From positions 30,690,001 to 30,754,000 of the forward strand of contig NC_079168.1 in assembly GCF_947568905.1 (NCBI RefSeq): 64,000 bases of DNA, given 5' to 3'. The DNA is from Ostrea edulis (Eukaryota). Shown piece by piece: positions 24,411 to 37,442 of this stretch; within the stretch, counting starts at the first letter, position 1; each line of letters starts with the position of its first letter. The notes beneath the pieces were generated by a model. The model was not told the DNA's origin, ran no database searches, and saw nothing but the letters and a program-made list of their open reading frames with translations. A program made the position numbers and the translations under genes.

Positions 24411-25699
24411 GCACTCTGCTTTTATTGTATAGAATAAAACGAAATTTTACAGTATACAACGACATTGATTTTCGTTATACAACCGAGTATATTTTGAAAA
24501 GCTATGAAACATATTATTACTCAGAAATAATCCCTGAAAAAAAAATCTTCTTTGGAGACAGCTTAGATTATAAAGACTGTGCTGTCGGTCTGTACATGAT
24601 AGAAGCAGTTTCCACGATTTTGTTTACAGATATTTTTTCTGATTTTTTTTTTAATTTGAACGAATCTTCGCTAATTTAATTATTCGATACATATATGTGT
24701 TCATTTTTCTGGACTAAAATTCAAATCTGTGTGTACATAAATCTGTTTTAAAAAAAGAAAGAATAAAGAACTTCACAGCCCTTGAAGTACCATCTTGAAT
24801 GGAGCCTTTGATACAGTTTTCCATAAATAACCTGAAGAGCTGTTACGTACTGATCCTATGAAAACAAACCTTGTTAATAAGTATCAGTTCGCTAACCCCT
24901 TATCTGTCGTCTTCTTTGGTTTTATTTAAATTTCCATCATTTTCGGGTGTGGGCCGCGCATACACCTGCCTTTGATAGCCCAAAATCGTGTACAAGAGCT
25001 CATTGTTTTTTCTTTCATCTATTTTTGGACGGCTATAAAAGATAAGGTTAAAAAGTATGCTGAAATTGAAGGTCTTTGTTCATGCATATTAGTTTTTTGA
25101 TAATCGAAATTCGAAAAAACTTGAATGAGAAGAATGCCTATCATCAGCGGTTAATAATAGTCATGTAGATAATAAGCCTCAAGAAGTGTATGCAAATAAA
25201 GATCCCCAAAGAACTTCGTGATTAATTCTAACCTTTTTTTAAATTCTTAAAAAATGAGTTCAAATGTCTATGTGCATGTAAATTATGTTCAGCTACACGC
25301 TCCCATCAATATGAAATCAAATATCAAATCAGAGAAATGGGTAGATAATTCGCCGACATGTAATCTACAGATAAACGAGATTAATAATTCACGAAATTCA
25401 CAAAAAATATAATTTTCAAAATCATCTAAACTGCATTCTTTTCGTTTTCTCTTAAATTGGCCTGATTCTGTCCTTATCAACATTAAGTCGATATGTGGAC
25501 TACACAGACACACTATTGTATTCATCATATGGCAGGGTTCTTCAAAATATAAATTTATTTTTCAAACTTCAATTCTTCCGTAACAAACACTTTGATTTCT
25601 TGTAATTCGACACCAGAAATAAAACACTTCTATTGTCGTCTGTTGTCGATTTTGACCGAAAATGTCAAGTTTTAAGCGCATACTTTTGGTTTTTTTATT

Positions 25700-25920
25700 T
25701 TCATACATGAAAATGTTAAGTTTTAATTGCTTGCTTTTGAGTTTTTATTTTCATACATGGAAATGTTAAGTTTTAATTGCTTGCTTTTGAGTTTTTATTT
25801 TTACCAGTACGTGGAAATGTTAACTTTTAATCGCTTGCTTTCGATCTTTGTTTTTGTATTATATTTTGATCAATACATGGAAATGTCAAGTCTTAATTAC
25901 TTGCTTTTGATTTTATTTAT
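25700..25920. repeat. Degenerate ~50-60-bp tandem repeat, about 4 copies
   Basis: ACATGGAAATGTTAAGTTTTAATTGCTTGCTTTTGA recurs. Confidence 0.75.
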
Positions 25921-25961
25921 TTTCATCAGTACATATTTATATCCTTGAACTGGTCTACCAT

Positions 25962-26026
25962 CAATCTAATTAAAATTAGATCTTTGATCCGCTCATGCAA
26001 TCAAAGATCTAATTTTAATTAGATTG
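25962..26026. mobile_element. 65-bp MITE, 27-bp perfect TIRs, 9-bp TSD
   Basis: TIR CAATCTAATTAAAATTAGATCTTTGAT; TSD GTCTACCAT at 25953-61 and 26027-35. Confidence 0.85.
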
Positions 26027-26120
26027 GTCTACCATAGTCTTAATCATGCATAAACAATGCATAAACAATAACAATTGTCATACATACAAAAATTGCACAT
26101 GGTGGTCTCAAATATATATA

Positions 26121-26459
26121 TGTAAGACTCTAAAGTGCCATGGTCGCTCCAAAGTGCGATGACCACGCCAAAGTGCGATGGTCTGCGCCAAAGTACGATG
26201 GTTTGTTAACGTTACGGACGCCAAAGTGCGATGACCACGCCAAAGTCCGATGGTGCGGAGTTCAGTAACGTTTGTGACGTCCGTCATTGTGACGTCATTC
26301 TTAACGTCTTTCAAAATGAAACCGGAGAAATGCAACACGGACCAGCAAAGTACATTTGTTGTCGAACTATCTACGTAGTTCGTACTTTGGCGTGTCACAC
26401 CATCGGGGTTTGGCGTGACCATCGCACATTGGAGTCCCATCGCACTTTGGAGTCTTACA
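26121..26459. mobile_element. MITE inserted in a (TA)n tract
   Basis: TIR TGTAAGACTC(T/C)AAAGTGC with subterminal ~21-bp CCAAAGTGCGATGG repeats in both orientations; TA flanks. Confidence 0.7.
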
Positions 26460-26814
26460 TATATATATGTATATATTCAATAAATTCTTTCCTTGTCAAT
26501 GGATCATAGCTATACATATATAAATATATATAGATCTATATATCTATGTATCGAAACAGATTAATACGTTTAATGCTCAAAATGTTATGAAGTTATGCAA
26601 TTTAGGGACTATTTTGCGCAAAGTTACAATTCTATGAAAAATATTGTAGAACATGTACTTTGAAAGTAAATTTACGAGTATATATATTCACTCATTTAGA
26701 ATCAATTATATTTCTTAAGCGCATCTCAATAGTTTGAAATGAACTACTTTATGAAACGAGTCTTTTTCACGAAGTCCCTCAAGGAATGTGCAATATTTTT
26801 CCATTCAAATTGAA

Positions 26815-26818
<4 letters not shown>

Positions 26819-26858
<40 letters not shown>
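26819..26858. repeat. (AG)n microsatellite
   Basis: Direct. Confidence 0.95.
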
Positions 26859-26860
<2 letters not shown>

Positions 26861-28212
26861 GTATGGTCATGATTTAACAGGTAGGATAGGGTTATAGCAA
26901 GTTTAAAAAAAAAAAAAAACATCCATTAAGTGTCGTCTGCGAAATTAGGTAATCGCAGAAAAATGGAATTGCGGAGATGTTATGATATGATATCAAAATG
27001 AGGAAAAAATTCAACACTTAAGCGTTACAAATCATTAATTTCTCCATTAGTCATGCAATATCGTGATCTATAATCGATATGCACCATTTAATTGGCGTTT
27101 ATCGTGCATGCAGAGTATTATTAAGAAAAGAATTTTTCCCCTCATAAAGAGTGCGCTATTAATTAACAGCAATAAATGACATTACTCTCTGTTCAAGGAC
27201 ACGAACACTTTTATGTTCCACTAAACAGTAGTTTTAACATTGTGTCCCTCTAACCTCTTTGTACAGAAGACATGTTGAATTGTCCGTGTAATTTTCCATT
27301 TCTCGTGACTGCTGATATATTATGGGGAAAAAAACCAATTGGAATAGGATGTAGAAAATGTCTTGATCAATGAGCCCGAAATAATTGTCAGTGGGGATGC
27401 GGTCTCTTCTTCTTCCGACATGCGCGTATATAGAGACCCGTGTCCGTTCCATGGGAACGCCCATTTTAAATAGACCGGATTTCAAACACCAGAATACAAT
27501 GACAACTTCAATTCCTTTTCACCTACTAGTATAAACCGAGGTTAAAAAATTCCTTTGACAAATTATCTAGTACTCTGCATAGATATTGCAGCTAAACAAA
27601 CAAAGATCCCAAGCCTTTCTCCGTCAGTAATGGTAAATATTTCAAGCTGTCGATATATGGTATGTAAAATTGACATCAAATGGGTTTTCCTGGTCGATTA
27701 CTTAATGCCCTAAACCCACGCACTGCATTTCTTACACTCAGCGAATTACAACTTTAGTTTACAGACAGTAGAATTTCCGTACCACCGTGCAGGATAAATT
27801 GTTTTGACATGGTTGTAAATAGTAACTGTACAGATTTTTATGTTCACAATTAAAGTTTAATTGAACAATTTAGGATTGAGCACAAGTTCTGTAATTACTA
27901 AGGATGCCCTCTGTGAAATAAGAAACTGTTTCAAGATTAGAAGTATGAAAAGGCCAGTACTAGTGTGACACAAATACATAATATTAAATTCAGCATATCT
28001 GATCATCACTGTTGGATTTCGGAAGCCCCCCTCCCTTTTATTTTTAATTACACACATATTTGAAAGTGATCGTTTCTTAACTTTTTATTCATGCAATGAC
28101 GGTGCGACATTCTAGTCGAAGGCAAATAAAGAATTTTGTTGTCAAAATCCTCATTCTGTTCCATTTAAATTAAGATATCTTCCGGTAGAACAACTGCACT
28201 CACGCCTTGCCC

Positions 28213-28292
28213 TAGCTGCAGAACTGTAGCTCTCTGAAAAAAAATATTATTCCGTCACAATATTTTTTCAGAGAGCTACAGTTCTACAGCTA
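28213..28292. mobile_element. 80-bp MITE with TAG...CTA ends and 9-bp TSD (AcademH-like)
   Basis: Near-perfect ~35-bp TIR TAGCTG(C/T)AGAACTGTAGCTCTCTGAAAAAA; TSD GCCTTGCCC at 28204-12 and 28293-301. Confidence 0.75.
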
Positions 28293-29370
28293 GCCTTGCC
28301 CCCTCCCCATTCCCTCTACAGCACTGTTATTGCATTGCACACGTTCAATTTGTTGTTATACATCGATAAAATTTACTTCTACAAAAGATATCAAGATCGC
28401 CCGGTATTTTTAATCAATGTATGTTGTTAAATGTATGATTTATATTGAATACATACTCATTCCCAGTATATCGCGAGTATTAACAATTCCTAAAAATACG
28501 AACGAGGGCATTTTTGGTCTGTGCGTGCTTAGTACAAGACAAGTATTCTCAACATTGCCGCGTGTACAAAAATAAAATAAGTATTATTAATAATACTACT
28601 TCGAAACGACTTTTGTTGTGGCGAAATTTAGTATAAATGAGATATATATGTAATTATCAATCATCATGATCGCAACTCAAGTTTCCGATGTCAATAAACG
28701 AAGTGGACATGGTGGAATTTTAATAGAGGAGTTTTGTCTAGATAATCTTTAGATGAATTTACACCTTATATTGCCTCATAGAAAGGGACAACGTGTTCAA
28801 TTCATCATTAACAGGTGGAATTTCGTATAATTCTACATGTTTGGTATACCATAGTTTGATAAAATTGGAGCGTTCACTGAGGAAAATGTCTGAAAATGAT
28901 ACACACCTTAATTTTACCAACACAACCCTGGTAAAGAAATAGGCATATAATATGATAATATTTTTATAATCAGAAAGATATTATATATTTAGCCTTATCT
29001 GTAGGAAGACTATCAATAAAATTCTTTATGTAGAATATCTTGCTCGTTCAGTGATGTGTTTATTATCAGTAAGTATGGAGAGGGCACAGCCATTGCACCT
29101 GCTACCTTATCCTATGAATAGAATATGATTTATTTCCAAATTAGGGCCCTCTCGGGCATACAGCATACATGATTATTAACATTTCAATGTGTAATGACGA
29201 TAAAAAGAAAAGAAAAAAACAAGAGTAAAATATGCACTATTAGTATGAGCATTAATGTTCATATACATGAGACATTTGAACATGATAATACTTATTTGTA
29301 TTATATGTAAGTACCACCGTGTATCCTAATGCAAAACAGTCAGAAATACAGAAATACACATAGGGAAAAA

Positions 29371-29408
<38 letters not shown>

Positions 29409-29624
29409 CATATTAATACGTGAATGAAATACTGTTCAAATCAAATATTATCAGTGATATTATATCACACACGGAAGACATGACAGCTAAAACTACCGGT
29501 ACCTTTAAATCATCAATATATAAAACCTCAACCTTTTCTTCCTTAAAGAAAGTAATTAATGTGGGTCCCCATTCGCAATTTGATAAGGAGTATCGGTGCT
29601 TGATTTTGTTAGCGATAATCTCAT

Positions 29625-29720
29625 AACCTTAAACGACATCTTCCCAGCAGACCAGTGGAGATGACATCTTCCCAGCAGACCAGTGGAGATGACATCTTCC
29701 CAGCAGATCAGTGGAGATGG
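29625..29720. repeat. 28-bp tandem repeat x3 (GACATCTTCCCAGCAGACCAGTGGAGAT)
   Basis: Visual periodicity. Confidence 0.85.
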
Positions 29721-31571
29721 AGATTGTGTATCAGTAGTGATTGTTAAAGCATCATTTATTTTTAAAAAAAATTTTTTTTTTACCCTTGCGCGCATTTTAA
29801 AATGTTTGTAAATCCCCATCATAAAACCATTCAATGTTCTCGACGACAAAGATTTTAGAAACCCAACAATTTCTTAATGCAAGCTTTATTACAGAAGAAC
29901 TGTATTGAACTATTGAATATTTAGTGTTTTCAAATTTAGATCATATTTGTCAGATTTTTCCCCCAAACAAGATTGACAACATCGCCATATCCTTAATGAA
30001 CCTGAGTTCAGTACAGTTTTTAGAAATCGCACCTCTGAAAGGAATTTCAGCAGGATCCAAAAACCGATTCCCCGTGACAAGAAAAACAAAAAAGACCATT
30101 ATGATTATTCCAAATTGCCCCAAAACAAAGAGGGGTCACCCCGGCAAGGAAAAACAATGACCATGTGTCGTCAAACATGCAATCGGTAATGTCAATACTC
30201 CAAACTCCTTATCGATGAGGTGATATGTATGGTTGGGTTGACATGTGAACTAATGTGTATTTTGCAATCAAATTAAGACATCGTTTGTAACTCACAAGGC
30301 GGTGCCTGAGCAAATCGACACATGGACTGAGGTCGTCTGTATTTAAAAGGCACCGAATCATGTAAATGTTTTCTTAAGCATTCGAAGATTGACGTCAGTC
30401 GTGAATTACCGCAAGATACTTTAAATCAATGTCGGAATCGAATGCGGGGTGATTTCAAAGACTTAGGAACTTGACCTTGTATTTAAATCATTTCGAGGAC
30501 CGTCCCGTAACCGTGAGACGCACCAACAAAAAATAACACTTCCGATTCCAATTTTAAACCAGCAGTCTATATTTAAATGAATTATGAAGTCAGAATCATT
30601 TAGTCTTTAATTCTGAGCTGACCACTTCATTTGCCGATATAATTTCATTCTATCACCGACTGTGAGTTTACCATTCATATGCTTTGGAATTTTTAGAGGT
30701 ATGCAAGGCGATATTCATTTTAGTTATAAACTTCCAACTAAATTTTAATAATATGATCAAATTAAAAGCGGCGATTTCTTTGAAGTGTCATGAAATTCCA
30801 AGTTGAACTTAAAAGTCTTTAATTTAAATTCGCACTACGATTTAATGTAAACATTATATACTTCTTTCTTTCTTTTTTTTATACATTTAATCTTGATATA
30901 GAATGTTCTCATTTAATATATTCAATGAAAATTTGAATACCCTTTTTACCTGCCTCCCGCAGTTTCCATTACAATCACGATAAAAAGACCAAACTGATGC
31001 GGAGCTGCCACTTCTAATCTAGTTATAACCAACTAGTTCACGTGCTTTTGATACATAGATTCTTTTATCTTTTATTTCAGAAAGAATATTTTCATCGCAA
31101 TTACCAATTCTGGTGAGTAAATATTTCTTTTGCAAATTAGATCATAGCTAGAATAGGCCTATATATCGGTCATTGTTGTCATATTTTTTTTTTTAAAATC
31201 AATGAAAAACTGTCACGTTGTAAAATCACGAGACTTTGTTTGAACGAGGCGCGAGAAAGATCAGTGCTTACATTGAAATATCTCTGTATTGTTTAGAAAA
31301 CCTGACAGATTCTTGTCTATATTTAATCCATTTTCTGTTTTCGGTTCAATATATTGGGTCTTACTGTGATCTACTATCCATTTATCTTACTTTCAATGCT
31401 TAGCGTATTAACACAAATCCTTTGCTTCTAAGACGACTTTTGGCCGCTATCATTGTCTGCGGTCTTATCAGAATTATTTTGCCGTTAATTTTCCAACTGT
31501 TCATCCTTTCTATCAACAGTGACAACGTCAACACCAAACCAGAACACGTCAAACAGTCTACAGGGACAGCC

Positions 31572-32915
31572 ATGGCTCTCAAGGTTCATCGTAACACGCT
31601 GTGGACGCACAATACAAATAACATTGGTCATCTAGGACTTCACAGTGAAACCAGAAATCTGACCATTGCAAAAAACACCTGTGTGGAGAAACATTTCGGT
31701 GTCTTAATCACAGCCTTGAAAAGTTCTGAAAAACAGAATATCAGAATTATGAGCGGGAACCGCCGTGATCTGGAGCAGTCTTTGTTCGCTCTGTCACAGA
31801 GAATGCGGGAAATCAACCAAAGTCGACTTTCTTTACCTGCATCACGAAATACCTCCTTCTCGCCGAGAGACTCGAGATCTAATTCGGATGCAAGCACTTT
31901 TTCATTCGCATCGTCGAGGACGAGTGTTTCATCTTTTAACTCTTTTTCCAAATACATAGGAAGGAGACTCTCCCCTGTGAAAGGGAAGCGAAAATCGCGT
32001 AAATCTATTGAAATTAATGACCAGCACGAGGAAGAAGGGAAGAAAAGAGAGCGGAAGAGAGCGGTTGTTTCTCCCCCAGACCTCGAGAAACTCCACGAAA
32101 TGTCCGACAAATCTTCAGAATTTCCAGAGAAATCAAAATTCTCTTTACAAGAGCTGCAGGAAAGAATATCATCTCGTAAGAGTTGTGTTCGCATCACCCC
32201 TTTCCCAGATCTCCCAGCAGACACGGAAACTCCAAATAAGGAGGACTCGTCTTCCGTTTCAACGGACGATTCTGTTAGCACTTCAAGACGTTCCATACGC
32301 GTGCGCAAAAAGTCTAAACCTAGAAAAAAGTCAAGTCGGGAAAGCGTGGAAGAAATTTCTGTACACGAGCCGGAAACTCCCCGCAACAATCCGCATGCAC
32401 GAATGATCGCTCTGCAGAAACTGCAAATGGAAACGCAAAGAAGAGCTGCACTTATTGAAAAAGAAAAGCTTGAATTGATGAAGAAAAACCGCAAAGAGGT
32501 GACTGAAAGTTTTCGTTATTCTCATGCCGTTGAACAATTCTTGAAGTCGAAAAGACAAAATTCCAAAATTTCCATGTCTGAAGTTCCGGATGAAATTGAA
32601 TATGATGCTGAAGGACGGGAGATTCGGCGACTTGGTCCTTCCGTTTTGGCGGTAATAAATGTCGATGACATGGACTACGTTACAAGTGTGACCGTTCGAC
32701 GCAGACGACACACCACAAGCAGTCTTGGAGAAAAACGACCGAGTTTCTACAGAACAAAATCAAGAAAATCAATTGCTTCCATTTACCACCCTTTGCCGGA
32801 AATTAACAAGGAATCCCAGTCAAATCCAATTGAACACTCTGTGTCAACAAAAAAACTTCTTCCAAAAGACCCCCTCCCACCGGTTGTAGAAGATCAGGTA
32901 GTGGTGGCAGCATGA
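31572..32915 (+). CDS. Uncharacterised 447-aa Ser/Arg/Lys/Glu-rich protein, single coding exon
   Basis: Uninterrupted ORF in GC-enriched sequence within AT-rich flanks. The ATG is in good context (CAGCCATGG). There is a plausible acceptor at 31518-19, an upstream non-coding exon near 31081..31112 (TTTCAG...GTGAGT), and AATAAA just after the stop. The ORF-track start at 31422 is a non-ATG extension. No family recognised. Confidence 0.8.
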   Translation: MALKVHRNTLWTHNTNNIGHLGLHSETRNLTIAKNTCVEKHFGVLITALKSSEKQNIRIMSGNRRDLEQSLFALSQRMREINQSRLSLPASRNTSFSPRDSRSNSDASTFSFASSRTSVSSFNSFSKYIGRRLSPVKGKRKSRKSIEINDQHEEEGKKRERKRAVVSPPDLEKLHEMSDKSSEFPEKSKFSLQELQERISSRKSCVRITPFPDLPADTETPNKEDSSSVSTDDSVSTSRRSIRVRKKSKPRKKSSRESVEEISVHEPETPRNNPHARMIALQKLQMETQRRAALIEKEKLELMKKNRKEVTESFRYSHAVEQFLKSKRQNSKISMSEVPDEIEYDAEGREIRRLGPSVLAVINVDDMDYVTSVTVRRRRHTTSSLGEKRPSFYRTKSRKSIASIYHPLPEINKESQSNPIEHSVSTKKLLPKDPLPPVVEDQVVVAA

Positions 32916-33548
32916 ACTATACAAATAAACTACAATGTACCCGGTACTAGTGATTTCTGTGCTTCACATATTTTGTTTTATGATTTTAAAGATGTTTCTT
33001 GCCATTACTTCACCGGTAATTTCAAGTTCATGGGAAAATTAATTCCATGAAAAGATATTATTTTTTATTATTTGATTACGTAGTCATTTGCTTTTACAGT
33101 GTTATAAGTACTTGCCACATTGATATGTATAAAATAAAATTCTTGTCCAGAAAATCTTGTTGCGCTACATCGAATGTCTTCATCCTCGTGTTCACTGGGA
33201 AGGAAAGCTGCTCTAGTATACACTTCCTTATGAAGTAAATATATATATAAATATATTCCTTCATTTCAGGAAAATTGTGTAAATAGTATCTTAGGCGTCG
33301 AAGTGGGGGAGGAGTTGCTCAGGCACTCGACGTGTACGTTTTAAATATCTGTAATAAAAAAAATTGTCTTCCTATAAACAGAATATTTTGTTTATAGGAA
33401 GACAATTTTTATTATTTTATAGATATTTAAAACGTTGAGTGCCTGTGTATGGAGAGCGAGAGTCCGGTATAGCCATATCTTAATACCCACTACAATGATT
33501 AGTCAATATCAAGTTCCTTGATATTGTCAACTAACGTCACAGCAGTTG

Positions 33549-33693
33549 CAGTGGCGTAGCTTCCATTGAGGCAACCGAGGTAGCTGCCTCGGTAAAAAAA
33601 AAAACAACAAAAAAACCACCTTTTACGTTGTTAAAATGTCGATAGCTTCAGACCCCCTGCCTCGGTAATATTCGAACCCAAGCTACGCCTATG
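33549..33693. mobile_element. Short MITE-like element (CAGTGGCGTAGC...GCTACGCCTATG)
   Basis: Imperfect 12-bp TIR and internal GCCTCGGTAA repeats; no TSD found. Confidence 0.5.
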
Positions 33694-34049
33694 GGTTGTG
33701 ATGTGCAGTTTTCGTATTATTATATTTTTATCACCGGAAAATTACATATATACATGTACAAACAAGACAAACATATGCAAAATATCCTACGACATATCAG
33801 TGGCTTCGCCACCCCGGGGCCCTAGGTCACACTGTTTTTGTAGCTTGAATCGCTGTTCAAAATGGCTGTAATGAAAACGTGGAACTACTGTGGGCTTCGT
33901 TCTCGGCTCCTATCTGGACATTGTGCTTGCGGCTCCAGACCCGTGCCTTATTTATTCGACCTTGCCTTGCCCATTCTTATTTATAGTTTATTCTGGATGC
34001 ATTTTTTTAAAATCTGAAAAGTATTCCGTTCTCTCAAAATGGCCATTTC

Positions 34050-34832
34050 TATGGAGCGCCAAATTAACATAAACTCAAATCATTGAAGATATCTTCAATT
34101 ATTTGAAGATATCATCAATTCATTTGATGCGCGCAACAATTTAATTAAAGATCTCTTCAAATAATTAATGATATCTTCAATTCTGAATTATTGCGCGCAT
34201 TAAATAAATTGATGATAGCATTAATTCTTCTGCTGAATTGATGTCTGTAAAAATAAAGGAAATCATCGCATAATAGGCTTGATAAAGAAACCAATAGAAA
34301 CAGAGTTATTGCCCTTGGATTCAATATTTTGAAACGTATTATTGATTATTCATCTATAACTTAGACTTTTGAAATATTTTATTTTCAACAAGATTTTTTA
34401 CAATAACTATAGGAAAAGACTCCAACACAATTTATGTTCCTATCATGCATAAATCTAAATATAATATTGATTTTGCAAAATCTCATGACATCACAGGAGG
34501 GTGGAATTACTTTAATGATCTCTTCAAATGAATTAATGATATCAACAATTGAATTGATGCGCGCTACAATTCAATTGAAGAGAGCAATAATTGATATAAT
34601 GCGCGCATTATATCAATGATTGCTCTCATTAATTCAATTGATGCGCGCATTAATTCAATTGATGAGAGCAATAATTGAATTGAAGCGCGCATTAATTCAT
34701 TTGATGAGAGCAATAATTGATTTAATGCGCGCATTAATTCAATTAAAGAGAGCAATAATTGAATTGATGATATCTTCAAATAATTGAAGATATCTTCAAT
34801 TATTTGAGTTTATGTTAATTTGGCGCTCCATA
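34050..34832. mobile_element. Non-autonomous TIR element (IS3EU-like: TAY...RTA ends, 6-bp TSD)
   Basis: TIR TATGGAGCGCCAAATTAACATAAACTCAAAT at both ends, TSD CATTTC (34044-49 / 34833-38), and an interior of GCGCGC/AATTGA subrepeats. Confidence 0.75.
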
Positions 34833-34971
34833 CATTTCGTCTGCTCGAATTGTCAAATCATTCGCACCGTTTGGAATATGCTGAGAGACTAGTGGTTTTC
34901 AATACTCAACAAGGTTTACCAATACTTAACGCGAGTCTAGGATTCCTCCGAATTTACAATCGTAATTTTCA

Positions 34972-35075
34972 CAATCTAATTAAAATTAGATCCTTTGATC
35001 CGCTCAAATGCGATCGCTATGCAAAATGATTGTATATATATAGGTGATCTAAAGGATCTGATTTTAATTGGCTTG
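34972..35075. mobile_element. 104-bp copy of the CAATCTAATT-TIR MITE
   Basis: Same TIR; flanks TAATTTTCA / TTATTTTCA (8/9 match). Confidence 0.75.
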
Positions 35076-36071
35076 TTATTTTCAGAAACAAACCAAGGAA
35101 TTGATTACTGATATCAACAGTAGAACTGATGGACGTTACAATTTAATTGAAGAGAGCAATAATTCAATTAGGATCAATTAAATTAATGCGCGTAGTACCG
35201 GTACTTCTTTTAATAAAAGAGCAACTATATCTAATTAGAGATATCTTCAAGTTAATTCAATTTCACCCACACCATCCATCGGTGGTACATGAGGTACAAT
35301 TAATAATAAAATGTAATGGTAAATCGTCTTAATTAATCATGAATACACAAGATCTAATAATAATAAAAAAGAAAATACAAGACATATACAGTACATGCTA
35401 TAGCTACAAACAAAGAAAAAGAAAAAGTAAGAGATATGTTATGGAGGACAGATTGCATCATAAATTTTAGTTATGACGAGAAGAGACAGAGATTTTTCAA
35501 CGATTTAAAACTTGAGTTTGACATAATCTCACTAAACTTAAGTATATATTTGGTTTATTACAAAATCTGGGATGTAAAAACTTTTTCCTGATACTAGCTA
35601 ATGATTTGCATTTTAAAAATAAAATGGAACTCGTCTGCTATTTTACCTGAGTTACATAATGTACAAACTTTTTCATTAAATATCTTCAATTCAACATATC
35701 CACCAACGAATTAATGATTCCTTTAATTGAATCGTTGCTCTCTTTAAAAGAATTAGTGCGCTTATTTTAGAATTCTTTATACAATATCGTTAATCAAAGA
35801 TATCTCACCATATATAATAACTGAATTGATGCTCTCATCAATTGAAGTACTGCGCGCATCAATTTAATCAATGCATTCATTTGAATTCATGCGCGCAATA
35901 ATTATTGATATCAGCAACTTAATTGATTCGGTTAATTAATCCATCAACTCACATAAGGCGCACAATAATTGGATTATTGCTCTCTTCAATTGGATTATTG
36001 CTCTCTTCAATTGAATTATTGTTCTCTTCATCGGAATGAATGCTATCATTAATTCCATAACCACCATAATT

Positions 36072-36073
<2 letters not shown>

Positions 36074-36124
<51 letters not shown>
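36074..36124. repeat. (GA)n microsatellite
   Basis: Direct. Confidence 0.95.
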
Positions 36125-36127
<3 letters not shown>

Positions 36128-36265
36128 TATCTAATTAAAGATATCTTCCACGATTAAATTAATGATCTCTTTAATTCAATTGTTGTTCTTTGAAAGAATT
36201 GCTGCGCGCATTAATTGATGTATAATAAAAAGTCCCTCATTCCCTCTTAATTTCACGATATCCTT

Positions 36266-37420
36266 TATCGAGCGCCAAATTAACGCAAACTCAAATAATT
36301 AAAGATATTTTCAATTGTTTGGAGATATCAATTCATTTCATGCGCGCAACATTTCAATTAAATGTCTCCTAAAGTAATGAATGATATTTCAATTCTGAAT
36401 TGATAGAATTGATGAGCGCTATAATTGATCTATTGCTCGCTTCAAATGAATTGATGATATAAAAAAAAAATGGAAACGATGCCTGCTACAATTCATTTGA
36501 AGAGAGCAATACTTCAATTAATGCGCGCATCAATTCGATTGATACGCAATAGTTGAATTATCACTCTCTTCAGTTGAATTGTGGCGAGCATCAATTCAGT
36601 ATTTATGCGCGCAATAATTGAATCATTGCTCTCTTTAATTGAATTAATAATATCATTAATTCAATTAATGTGCGCAATAATTCTTTTAGAGAGTGAAACT
36701 ACCTAATAAGTATGAGCACCAAATTAACATATCATCAATTCAATTATTGCTCTCTTTAATTGAACATTAATGTGCGCATTATAAATCAATTATTGTTCTC
36801 CTCAAATGAATTGATGCGGGTTTCAATTCAATTACTGCTATCATCAATTGAATTAATGCGCGCATCAATTGAATTAATGAGAGCAACAATAGATATCTTT
36901 AATTATTTACAATGCTTTTGTATAAGGAATTAATACGCGCATCAATTCTCTTAAAGAGAGCAACAATTCAATTAAAGAGATCATTAATTCAATTGTGGAT
37001 ATGTTGAATTGAAGATATGTTTAATTATATAGTTGCTTTCTCTATAAGAATTATTGCTCTCTTCAAATGATTTTAAAATAATTAATTCAATTAAAGAAAG
37101 CAATAATTGAATTAATGCGCGCATTATATCAGTTATTGTTCTCTTCAATTGAATTGTAGCGCGCATCAATTCAATTGTTGGTATCATTAATTCATTTGAA
37201 GAGATCATTAATTCAATTAAAGCGTGCATCAATTCAGCTGAAGAATTAATGCTATCATCAATTCAATTAATGCGCGTAATAATTCAGAATTGAAGATATC
37301 ATTAATTATTTGAAGATACCTTTAACTGAATTGTTGTGTGCATCAAATGAATTGATGAAATCTTCAAATAATTGAAGATATCTTCAATTATTTGAGTTTA
37401 TGTTAATTTGGCGCTCCATA
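36266..37420. mobile_element. Longer copy of the TATGGAGCGCC-TIR element; related fragments also at about 35130-36230
   Basis: Both TIRs recognisable with the same internal subrepeats; no TSD seen. Confidence 0.7.
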
Positions 37421-37442
37421 AATAAGAGACAGTTTCAAATCA

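Noticed and set aside
31640-32711. 284-aa and 126-aa minus-strand ORFs and the 132-aa alternative plus frame
   Set aside because: Shadows of the 447-aa plus-strand CDS.
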